The notes beneath the pieces were generated by a model, which saw only the letters and a list, made by a program, of their open reading frames with translations, did no database searches and was not told the DNA's origin. Shown here piece by piece: positions 1 through 11,500 of a DNA stretch of 64,000 nucleotides (the stretch's first letter is position 1; every line of letters starts with the position of its first letter). The stretch comes from Antedon mediterranea (Eukaryota > Animalia > Echinodermata), in the NCBI RefSeq assembly GCF_964355755.1, contig NC_092672.1, forward strand, positions 7,812,001-7,876,000, written 5' to 3'. The position numbers were made by a program, and so were the translations under genes.

Positions 1-357
1 AAACAAGAGAATTGTATTTTATTTATGATTAAGATATAAAAGTCTTGGACTTTTTTAAATAAATAATAAAAAGTTAATTGAAAATTAAAATTAGTACTTA
101 ATTTCATACGTGTTGAATCTGAGCAACTATTTTGTATACGCAGCTGCACCTGCAGAAGTAGTAGCATGTTATTCAATAATGTATTCCTAAAATCCATACT
201 TGTTCAAAACAAAGAACAACTTTCAATAAGCTAGAACAAGAAAAAAGGTTGTGGATGCTAATTCATACTTAAACGGTTCTCTAAAATTTACCACACCATG
301 TGTAAAGTGTGTAATATGTACATACAGTACTAATATATTTTAAATCCACAATTACAG

Positions 358-3300
358 ATATTACATCATACAAGCCAGGTTTCTCAAAGCCAGGTAGGAT
401 AATATTATCAAATACTTCTTAAATTATCAAATACTTCTTCATTCGAAGAAATAGATAATGAACCATTTGTAAACTATGACTATGCATTATTACTATGCAA
501 ATACTAATAACTGTAATTATTACATTTACAGATATTATTACATTCAACAAGCCAGGTTCCTTAACTTTAGGTAGGCTATTATCATCAAATTCTTCTTAAA
601 CTCTAATAAGAAAAACAATTATTTGAATTGCTCATTCGAAGAAATGCATATTTAACCATTTTGTTAAAGTCAAAGTAAAACTTTATTCATCACTCACTGT
701 GCGAAACGATGTAGTTTATGATCCTATACATTATATTAAAATACAATAAAATTATAAACTATTTATAGACTATGCATTATGTACAATACTAGTATTTATT
801 TTATTTTATTTTATGTCTTTAGGCAATGTGGCCAAGGATTACCAATAGTGAATTAATCACTGTCCTATCAGATAGGTGGTAATCCCCCTGATACAGGGGC
901 TATTTTGTGAACCAGTTCACCGGGGTAACCCCTCCTCTTTTTCGAATAATGAACTAGGTTCTTTAAAGTGCACACAGGTTATAACTGCAGTGTAGAAGAC
1001 TTGTTCCACCACCAGAACTAGGAGCGAGTCGGCCTCGAACCCTTGCCGATGTTGTTGGCTCTTTAGGTACGGTAAACGGCGCCCCTGTCTTAACCGCTCG
1101 GCCATTTGACATTGATCTGTAATTATTAATCTACAGATATGACAGACGACAAGCCAGCTTTGTTAAAGTCAGGTAGGCTATTTTATCAATAGCTTTTAGA
1201 ATTATGAATTCCTCCCGTACTCAAAATGGACCTCGGGTACTAATCTTTCTCCATACTTCTGCATTATAATTCTTTTATAGTGGTTTGAGTGTCTAAAAGT
1301 ATATTAAAACAAATTAGAGTAATAAAACGTTTAATTTTCAGATCCATCATCTATGAGCCAACCCTCAACAGCCTCAACGGATGCAACAGACGTTGCAATG
1401 GCAGGTAGGTCGCTTATTTAGTTTTCATTATTTTAATAAAGAACATGCACTGTTTACCGATTCCATGCAGTGCTGTATCTCCACATACTAATATTTCCGA
1501 GGTATTATAGGAATATTTGGTAACACAGCATCACATGTAAGATTAGGTTAAGGGTTAGGTTACTACTACATACAACATGTGAAACACATGATGTTGTATT
1601 ACCAAATATTTCTATTCTTTGGAAATAGATACAGTACCGAAAATCGGCTGGTTAAATGAAATCAATTTAAGCTATTATATGTGGATGATAATTCAGTACA
1701 TTACTGTTTACTTTTCACATTTTTTTTTGTAATCGCGAATCAGTGTTATATCGTCATTACTCGACAAATGTGAGATTTATGATACATACGCATGAATTAT
1801 TCATTGCTATAAATTATTATTCATGTTGAAGACAGAACTTTACTAACCAAACTCTTCCACTTTGTACTGTAGGCCTACAAGAAGTAATGAGAAATAAGAA
1901 TGTCTGAAATTTACGATCAAAACTATCGTGCCTAACTGCTATTAATTCAAAATATTGATGATGTATATTATATAATAACATTCCAATTATTATTTTGATA
2001 CACAGAGACTTAAGAATAAGCATACAACATCATTTTCTGGCATATAAACATTTTATTGAAAAAAATGAATGTAACCTGCATGTGATTGTGGATATGTATA
2101 ATTCAAGTTAAACGCAGATTTTATTTTTCTAATATCACATTTATGCTCAGGAAAAAGCCCGTCTTATAGTTCATGTAATATTACATGTGGGTGGGCGGGA
2201 AAAAGGGGGAGATTAAAATTATCTTACTGAATAATTGTTGGAGACGTGAGAGCAGCGTGGTCCAAGAGGATTGTACCACGCCCTCTCACTTCTCAAAATA
2301 TAATCGTGTTAAACTTTGTTTTCACACAATTCCTGCTTTTTGATACACAGAGACTTAAGAATAAGCATACAACATCATTTTCTGGCATATAAACATTTTA
2401 TTGGAAAAATGAACATTCTAAACGTGTAACCTGCATGTGATTGTGGATATGTATAATTCAAATAGACGTAGATTTTATTTTTCTAATATCACATGGATGC
2501 TCAGGAAAAATCCCGTGGCAGGTATGAAACACCGCCGAAAGCAGCTGAAATTTACGATCCAAACTATCGTGACTAACTGCTATTAATTCAAAATATTGAT
2601 GATGTATTATAATAACATTCCAATTATTATATTTGAATTTTTAGATCCAAGCTCTACTACTGCGGACCAACTATCACCTGACGCAACAAACGATGCAAAG
2701 ACAGGTAGACAAACTAATGTGTTTAAAAAGAAAAATATAAAAACAATAGTTTCTTTTTGATTTACAGACGTTTAATCAATGTTGCCATCCCTCCATTACT
2801 AATAGTAATAGGCCTATAGTAGTACTACTATAGTAGTAGTTTTTGATCCTACATACATATGGCTATTCATTATCGATATCAATCATTTTTGAACATCACA
2901 TTGAATAAGGGAATTCAACACATGGCAGGCTACACCGTATCAGCTAAGATATGAATATAACGAATTTATTTAGAATAAAACATATGTAATTTTCAGATCC
3001 ACCATCTGTGAGAAAATTCTTAACAAACTTTCTCTACAACTATTTTGTCAAAAAAAGTTGGACTGTTTGCATGGGATGTATTTTTTTTAAATATTAATCA
3101 ATTATGTGTAATGTTATTACAGTAACGAATTCATGATTTAACCAGGGAAGATTGAAAATACAATTTGTAATTTTACTTTTTCCTGTTTTAACTATAACAT
3201 TAATTAATAATGAAATAATGTCGTCCTTCTATAGGTCAGTTATAGAGAGTGTAATAACGTATTCTTTAACGGTATGGTTCGGTAGCGCTACCGAAAATGA

Positions 3301-4419
3301 AAAGCGTGACCTAAATAGAATAGTCAAGACCGCATCGCGTATAATTGGATCTGCACAACTGCCTTTGGAGAACATATTTTCGGATCGTTTTCTGAAAAAG
3401 GCAGTGGCTATTAAAGATGATCAATTTCATCCGGCCTCTAGTATGTTCCAGTTGATGCGCAGCGGTCGGCGATTTCGTTCTATTAAGGCCAATAAGGCAC
3501 GATTTACAAATAGTTTCTTTCCAGGATCTATTAGAGCCTTAAATATGATGTAGACCCCTTTTTTTTTTTTGTAATGTTTTTGTTTTTGAGTTCGTGTTGT
3601 GTCCGTTGGATATTGTGCTCCGCCAACAGAGCAAACAGAATTTCTATGTTTTTCCTAAAACAAATGATAATAAATGATACTTGACTTGACTTGACTTGAT
3701 TATAAACTATTTATGTATTAATTCATGTATTTTTATATTTCGTTTTATTTATTATTACGTAATTATGCCAACATAATCGTGAACAAAGCCAGGCCTAATG
3801 TCCAATTTATTGTTGCTAGAAATGTCTTATATTGTTACCATTTAATATTTTAAACACATTTTTTGTAGATTTAACTGATGCAGAATTAACTATATTGATG
3901 GCAAGGGTATCTGGCTGGTGTACTACCAACGGGATAAACTTAAACAAGCTGAAAGTGGTAATGAGCGAGTTCACGAATGATAAGCTTACATTAGCCACGA
4001 TCCAGAAAAAGAGCAATGCTTTAGATCTGTTAAAACTACTGAGAGAGGCTGGATTAATTAATCCAACAGACATCAGTGTTCTCATTGAAATAATTAAATT
4101 GTCTGGGATTGAGGGTGTTCAAAGCGAGATTAAGGAAGAATGGAAGGTACCAAAATTCAAAGATGTTCAAATCAAACACGTTAGAGAGCATCGTAAGAAA
4201 CTTCTGGCGTTTGGTCGCAAAGTATCCAAGGAAAACGTCAAGACGATTGGATTTCTAAACAGCATCTTAGTTGACGAAAACACTGATCCATATTTCTTAA
4301 TTTTAGAATTAGAAAGAAATGGCTTACTCAAAGCAGGAGAAATGTTCGAGAAATTCATTAAGACACTTAAAGAATTTAATATGCATAATGAAGTTGATGC
4401 ATTAGAGCACGGTGAATAA
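358..4419 (+). CDS. Gene A (5' end outside window): S/T/P-rich micro-exon linker plus C-terminal tandem death-effector-domain (tDED)-like exon
   Basis: Phase 1-1 AG/GT exons 358-393 (DITSYKPGFSKP), 532-570 (DIITFNKPGSLTL), 1137-1172 (DMTDDKPALLKS), 1342-1404 and 2645-2704, then terminal exon 3869-4419 (DLTDAELTILMARVSGW...ALDLLKLLREAGLINPTDISVLIE...EHRKKLLAFGRKVSKENV...LILELERNGLL...NEVDAL). The two helical repeats follow the caspase-8/cFLIP DED pattern. The terminal exon has the same length (551 nt) as its homolog in gene C. Confidence 0.8.
795..1110 (-). mobile_element. tRNA-derived SINE
   Basis: The minus strand shows Pol III A box TGGCCGAGCGG and B box GGTTCGAGGCC, ending in an (AAAAT)n tail at ~795-812. 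A related body segment lies at ~43780-43845. Confidence 0.65.
1903..2630. repeat. Local rearranged direct duplication in a gene A intron
   Basis: ~1997-2160 is repeated at ~2338-2515, and ~1903-1995 is repeated at ~2544-2630 (order swapped). Confidence 0.7.
3210..3699 (+). mobile_element. 5'-truncated Rex1/Babar-type LINE (ORF C-terminus plus 3' tail)
   Basis: ORF SFYRSVIESVITYSLTVWFGS...LNRIVKTASRIIG...HP....FQLMRSGRRFRSI......RFTNSFFP is typical of the Rex1/Babar RT C-terminus, and is followed by AATAAA and a (CTTGA)n tail. Confidence 0.85.
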
Positions 4420-5539
4420 TGAAAGTTTCATTCTTTTAGAAATGTTATAGTGTGTCACTTTGTGTATTACTTATCGCGATATTAGTTATTATTTTGTATT
4501 ATCACACGTTTAGTATAGTTATAGTAAGTCACGTAAATGACATTAAAACATTAAAATACAACTGGTTGATTTTTAAAGGTTTTGTGTCTTCATGAAAGAT
4601 TCAACTTTAAATGTTTACAAAGAGTTATTAACATGAACGTATAACCTCCATATTTCAATTGCTACTAAATAAATTACTGTAAGCCATTAAAGAAATTAAG
4701 CAAATTTTCATCTAACCCATTCAAAAAAATAGATATTAACAATTTTAAAAATGTATTACCAGTATCGAATAAATCATAAATTGGCTTATTAATAGTCTGG
4801 TGATGGCCTACAATGGTTTGTACGTAATATGTTAATCTGTCTTCCCCTTTCAATAATATGGATGTTTCGCAACATTACGAATACGGCAACGAAGTCGGAC
4901 ACGTCACACATTTAAGCTGATCCCCATTTCATATTCGTAAAGCGTAAACGGGAGGTCAATTTTGATCAATCAGTTGTTGAAGTCCCCACTCTCTCTAATG
5001 TTACGCTAGGCCTAGGCAGCCAAGCAACAAGCAGGTGCACTTCGATTTACCGCAGTCATATTTTGGACGGCGCCCTTAATATTTCGATGTATTCGTAGCG
5101 TTGTGAAATTAGCGTTTTCCGTCTTCCGCCATTACGCTTTCCACAGTTTGTTTCTATTTTCGTCTGTTTAGGGCAGGATGGTTTGTTATTGTGTTTGTGC
5201 CAAATTGTTCTTTATTTGGTTCATACAATAAATGTTTGGGCTTACTAGTCATTTTACTTAATACTCATTCAATTTAGTTGACCCGTGTAAAAACACGTGG
5301 TTTATGAGAAATGATTACGTCTTTCACTGCAACAATTAGATTATGTTTTGAGAAGAACATTGTAATGCTAAACATGCTATTAAAATTGAATTGTCATTTT
5401 TTTCAGTAATTTGTCTTTGGATTTATATATATATATATAAACACATTAGGCAATGAACATTAATTCTAAACCGCACGGTGATATACTGAAATTTAATTAA
5501 TTAATTTGAAACGATAAAGATGAAGAAATCTGTGAGAAT

Positions 5540-5610
5540 GAGAACCGAGACTCGAACTCGGACCGCCTGCTTGATATGCAGATGTCCTAACCATTAGACC
5601 ACTGGGCTTT
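5540..5610 (-). mobile_element. tRNA-like SINE head / tRNA pseudogene
   Basis: Minus strand TGGTCTAATGG (A box) and GTTCGAGTC (B box) with a T-arm CCGAG/CTCGG; the acceptor stem does not pair. Confidence 0.5.
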
Positions 5611-5735
5611 CATGGTATTGTTCAAACGGCGGAACAGCACTAGTCCTCAGTTGTACGCACGCGCAACAGAGATCAAATTGATACGCCCTCATCTTTCAGT
5701 ATTTTTATTCACGAGGCGGGATCTCCGAAGAGATA

Positions 5736-5737
<2 letters not shown>

Positions 5738-5814
<77 letters not shown>

Positions 5815-5870
5815 CCAAAGGCAAATTACTGAAAAAAATGACAATGCTGTGGGTATCAGTGGCTGGATCT

Positions 5871-5942
<72 letters not shown>
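5738..5942. repeat. Two (TA)n microsatellites
   Basis: Pure TA runs at ~5738-5810 and ~5873-5942. Confidence 0.95.
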
Positions 5943-5944
<2 letters not shown>

Positions 5945-6259
5945 CAGCTTATACATTTTTTACGACCTGGTATAACTTTACAGTGATCTTTGAAATAGCA
6001 ACAAAAGAAAAATGGCATGAACTGGTTATTGAAATTATTCAAATAAGAGGCTTCCTGGGTGTATAGCTCACCTGGATTCTACAACAATAATCTTATACCT
6101 GAAATACATCACGCATCAACGTATGCTCAGAGCATGATAGGCCTGTATTGAAAATGTTGTAAATCGGTATTGTGTATTTTCGGTCTGCTAATTTAGAATA
6201 AAACATAATAGTATAATCGAAAATTCCAATAATAATCTATTATTCTACATATTTTCTTT

Positions 6260-6349
6260 ACATGCTATGGTCCGATTGGAATCATAGAATTGCGGTTAAT
6301 ACGCCACAGGATCGCGGGGACTGAACAGGAACTGGAACTTTTGGTAAGC
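6260..6349 (+). promoter_or_regulatory. Putative promoter and non-coding first exon of gene B1
   Basis: Inverted CCAAT (ccgattgg) followed by a GC-richer stretch ending in the strong donor TTG|GTAAGC. The same module recurs at ~27255-27322 and ~29190-29268, upstream of B2. The exon holding the ATG begins with an acceptor at 8519. Confidence 0.4.
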
Positions 6350-8551
6350 AATCACCTTATCGTTCGATTTGATTTTACCTTACATAAACTAGTAATTAGC
6401 ATTTTTTATAAACAGTGTAGCAATCAAGATTAAAAAACTGTTTTTATTTTAGTTTTATTTAATAAGTAGAACATTCATTTATTAATTGTTTATCTCAGGA
6501 CAGTTATGTTCACATTATTTACAAGGTAACCAGATTTTTTTTACATTTTTGTTTTATTGTGATACATTGTATTTAGGTCTAATTTAGCTTAGGTCTACAG
6601 TCTTATAATAATTATCTTGCTAAGTCAAATTTTATCCATTTAAAGTAACGTAAAAGTTTTTAAATCATCACATCCGGAATTAAGGTGTGGTTTCGGAGAG
6701 TGCGCAGAATGTCATTTAGACTGGCGATATAGGTTCCAAAATCGAAAAACTTTGTTTAGACGCGAGATTAGTAGTTATTCAAAGTACGATGAATACAACG
6801 ACAAAATCAATAGATATTACAACTGCTCTATTGCACCGATTCAAAAGAAGTTATGTTACGGGCCATAGACTAACGCCCGTATTCTTAAACCGGACTTTAG
6901 TCGTAGTTCGAGCTAAAACTAAAAAAATGACGTCATTTTAATTCATAAACCGAACTTCAACTAAATCACCGACTAAATCAGGCCAACCTCCACTAAATCG
7001 AGACGGATTTTGATCGATTTTTTTAGTCCTGGAGGGGGCAGACTAAATGGTCGACTAAATGGTTTTTAAACGATGTTTATAAAAAAACGTAACAGTCATC
7101 GAATTGTTATATTGGCCAGATATTGAAGAATGAAATATCTATATTTATATTAGCTTAATTAAATATACATTGGTATAAATTATAATAATGAAAATCATCT
7201 TTATTTACAACTGTATACAAATTACATTATTTTCTTCGCGCAAGTCCGACTTGAGCTACGTCACGCCATAGCGACAATGGGAGATGCGGCAATTCACCAC
7301 GCGATGGAATGTTTAGGGGGCCTAGCGCTTTCTTGTCACGCTATGAAGTGCGTGGTTCGTGGCGATCATACTTTGTTGGGGGCCTAGAAAATATAAAAGT
7401 TACCGTACCGCCATGGTTCCTAAATATATTTTTAAGATTTTATTTGTTGTTAATCAAATATACTTCACTGTTAAATTAATACTGATATTGTTCTAATAAT
7501 TAACGATTAAAATTATTTTTCATGTATATAGTCCTGATGCGTAAAAAGTGTTGAAAGAAATGGAAAGTGATATCAATGCGCAAAATTTCGTCTGCTCCTC
7601 AAATACTCTCTTGTCATTGGCCAATGTATAGCCTTTGTTACCCAGACGTGTGCAACTCGACTAAAAGCTCGACTTCATTAAGTCGAACTGCAAACTTCGA
7701 CTACTTCGTTTTTGAATCGAATTTGAAGTAATAGCTCGAACTACGACTTTTCCAAGTCGAACTTCGACTTGCGTGCGTGAGATGAACAATTACGTCACAC
7801 TTTATAGATATGTTTAAGGAATATTCATGTTTATTTTGTGACGTTTCATGAGGGGGTTCCCAACTTATGTACGAAAAGAAATATCGTGGCCGGGAAGAGT
7901 ACGCTTTTATTATACTATACTATTATATTATTAAGGCAGACAAACCGTGCGGAGGACGGGTTACTGGAAGACCACAATTTAATTACAAAAGTAGCAAGTA
8001 GGTAACAAATCTCCCATACACAAAAAAAAATGTAAAATATCAAAACCAGTTAAATAAAAATAAAATGTAAATGAATAAACTTACAAATTCGTGTTTCCGC
8101 AGCAATGTGTTTTTAATTAGATTTTTTATTTTATCTCTATGTATCAAATACTTAATACACCACAAAAAACAACCAAAATAATATAGTTTGGCATTTTATA
8201 CTTTCGTTATGTGTTTGCGCGCATCATCTAATTCACACAGCCCAGTTTTTCTTTAGCGTCTTTTAATTTCGTAAAGTCTAAACAGTCAAATAGTGTATAA
8301 CAAATCAATGGCCGTAAATACAGTAGCTCCGAATTTTATTCGTGATACAATTTGTTTTGATTTTAATAATTTGTCAAAGTACTTTTATCAGAGTGCGCTT
8401 TTATGATACTTGCCCATGCAAAGTATTTAACCACATATTAAGGCAGAAAAAGACCATGCGGAGCACGGGTTACTGCTAGTACATTTTAATTAATAATGAA
8501 TTGTATATTTATTTATAGGTTTTAGCTGGTATTGAAATATTGCATTTGAAG

Positions 8552-11500
8552 ATGTCTGTGAGTTTTAGACAAATCTCTTTTTTTCATAATTTTGTATTAT
8601 TTCAGTAATACCAGTATTTTCAAAACTCTAACTACATATTATATAAAGCAAACAAAAACTACATACATTATAACTATAGTAACCATGCCAATATGTGCAT
8701 AAATTGATAAATTTAGTGAATATAAAGTATATACGTAGGCCTAAATGTTTCACATATCAACGCTTTCCTGCTTTTTTCATTATTAATATGTATGTAACTT
8801 TTTTTTAACTATTGCTACATTATAGAATATTTTAAAATAACATTATAATCATTATAACATCAACCTTCCATCATTATAATAGAACCGAGGATTAGTTAAC
8901 TATTCTCGATCAGTACAACTACATAACAAACTGGCAGTACTGATGAATATAATTTCTTTCAGGAAAGAGGATACATTATGCTCTGCTATAGTTGGAAGGA
9001 CGAAAGGTAAGTTAAAATAATATATATTTTATATTATTATTATATTCCATGTAAACACGTGAACGTGATTGGTTCAAATGGCATCACATGGCTACCGTTC
9101 CGGGGATCAAAAATGTTATAACGGACTGATAAGTGAGTTTAAATGTAATATAACAGATATTGATTTGTGTATAGTGTAACAGTTGAGATCCTGCTTGGGA
9201 CTTATGCCTACATTTTTTTACTCGAGACTAATTATAAAATATAATTTCGTCGGGGGATCTCAAATGTTATAATCACTTCTAAGCAATTAATATCTGTATA
9301 ATAATAACTATACGAATAACTATTATTTTATAATATGATCTATATCGCATATTTAGAAATACATGTTTTTTTTTATAAAATAACACATTTTAGTAATACA
9401 TAATGAATGAAACATTTTTAATAATTTCAACAATAAAATTGTTAACGTTTATTAGAATCGTTGAAATGATATGGGAACGTTTAGAACAAGCCGGTTACAG
9501 AGTGTGGATTGACCGAAGTGGTACAGATGGACTGAAACGAAAACATAAGTCTATTTACATTGAAATGGCAAAGGCTGTCAAAAATGCGACGGTCGTAATT
9601 GGATGTTTATCTAAAGCATACCAGGAAAGCGAAAATTGTTTACGTGGTAAATGTTTGTATTGAATAATTTAAATATTTAAAACGATTCGTTGTTTTTGCA
9701 TTATTTTTGTTTAATCTACCCAGAACTAACATGGAAATTACATTATGTTTATAATTCAGAGGGCAATATGATCGGAAATCGTAACAAAGATTGTATTCCT
9801 ATAATTGCGGAGAAGGGTTATAAACGAAACGAGTGGGTTGAGACAATATTTGGTGGACAAATCTACATTGACTTTTCAAATGCAGAGGACTTTGAAAATA
9901 GTTTCAAGATTTTGCTTTTGAGGTTAAAAGATTACACAGATTTGGTAAATTATAATTGCATTATCTATTTATTGTTAATGTTCTTCCTCTTTTGGCCAGT
10001 GTTCCATGGTATAGAATAAGTTTCAATAATAACTAAAATCATTATATTGTTACAAGCATGCTCGTGAAAAAATGAAATCATTTTCTTTTTAAAAAATGAA
10101 TGTGAATTTGTTGTAACCAGACATAACTAAAATTCTTATTGAGAATAAATCTTTGTTCCAACATTTTTCATTCATTTCTTAGTTGAAATAAATAACATTG
10201 GTACCTTATGCGATCCTAATGCACTCCAAATTTCACGAAAATTGATCGAGTTAACTCTGTACTGCGTCATCTTTTCTTAAATATTTTTTCTGCTTACATA
10301 ATTTTATTATATTTTTTAGCATTTTCTAATACATAAATTGTCATGGCCAAATAAGATAAGAGATGTTTGGTATCATAAATAGTATTTCCTACAAGCATGA
10401 ACTAATCTAATGAACACATAAAGTTCGAAATATAGAATCACTTTTACTTTTACATAAACAGTAAAATATGTGAAAAGGAGCCAAAAAATAACTTTCTTTC
10501 AAAGTTTGACTCCTGTAACAAAAATAAATTATAAGCATAAATTTTGATCCAACAAAAATAATTCAATAAGAAAAAAACAACAACTATATAAAAGAAATAA
10601 AGTAAACATGTGCTAATGTTTTTGTAAAAGTGAACATTAACTTCATTTATGAATTTAAATCTTGAAGAGGTAAATTTTATAGCTAAGGATAAATTACTCC
10701 AAAGTTGAGCTCCATTAAAAAAAAGAAGTACGAACTTTCGGAATTGCAAAATTATTTCTATTACTAAATTTGGACTAGCATTAAGTGTAATTAAATATTT
10801 CATAGTTTGATGCGGTGTTTGCCATTAATTTGGTCATTAAAATTTAACTATACTTAAATCAATCAAACAACTTATAACCGTCTAAAATACCCAGGTCTTT
10901 AAATAATGGAGAAGATGGAGCCATAAATCAAAGAAAGTTAGGCCTATATACATCTAAGACACATTTTTTGGATAAGTAAAATAGGATATAGATGCGACTT
11001 ATATGTACTACCCCAGACTTCTAAAATCTATTTGATTGAATAAATGATTTATAGGCCTAAAGCATTAGTAAAATAATACGGGGTACAATATGGCGTAAAC
11101 TAAAAAGAATTCCATATTTCTTTTTTTTATCCTATATTTAATATATGGCTTTTCCATGTGATATGTTTATCTAATTTAACAACTAAAACTGAATTTCTTC
11201 TTTAATCATAACATTTTTTGTAATAAATATTGTTTGATTTAATAATAATTTTAGATCGGTTACAAACAAGGCCAACATCCATTAAGTCGCGTGCTACAAT
11301 GCATAGTGATACCGGACCGACAGACAAACAGACCAACAGACAGACAGACCGACAGACAGACGGACCGACCGACATAGTGAACTATACTGACCGAAATTAC
11401 TGAACATGTTTAAAAATGTTGAAATGTTTAAAAACATTTATATTTTTTTAATTTACACGTGCGTAGCCTGTCACTTTTGACGTGCTCGTATAACGTAATT

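Noticed and set aside
2997-3060. Additional linker exon starting DPPS
   Set aside because: The acceptor is good, but the nearest strong donor gives an 11-nt frame-shifting exon; probably decayed.
5540-5610. Functional tRNA gene (also the tRNA-like segment at ~21650-21716)
   Set aside because: A and B boxes are present, but the acceptor stems do not pair; consistent with SINE-derived sequence.
5612-6042. ORFs with (YI)n runs
   Set aside because: Translations of (TA)n microsatellites.
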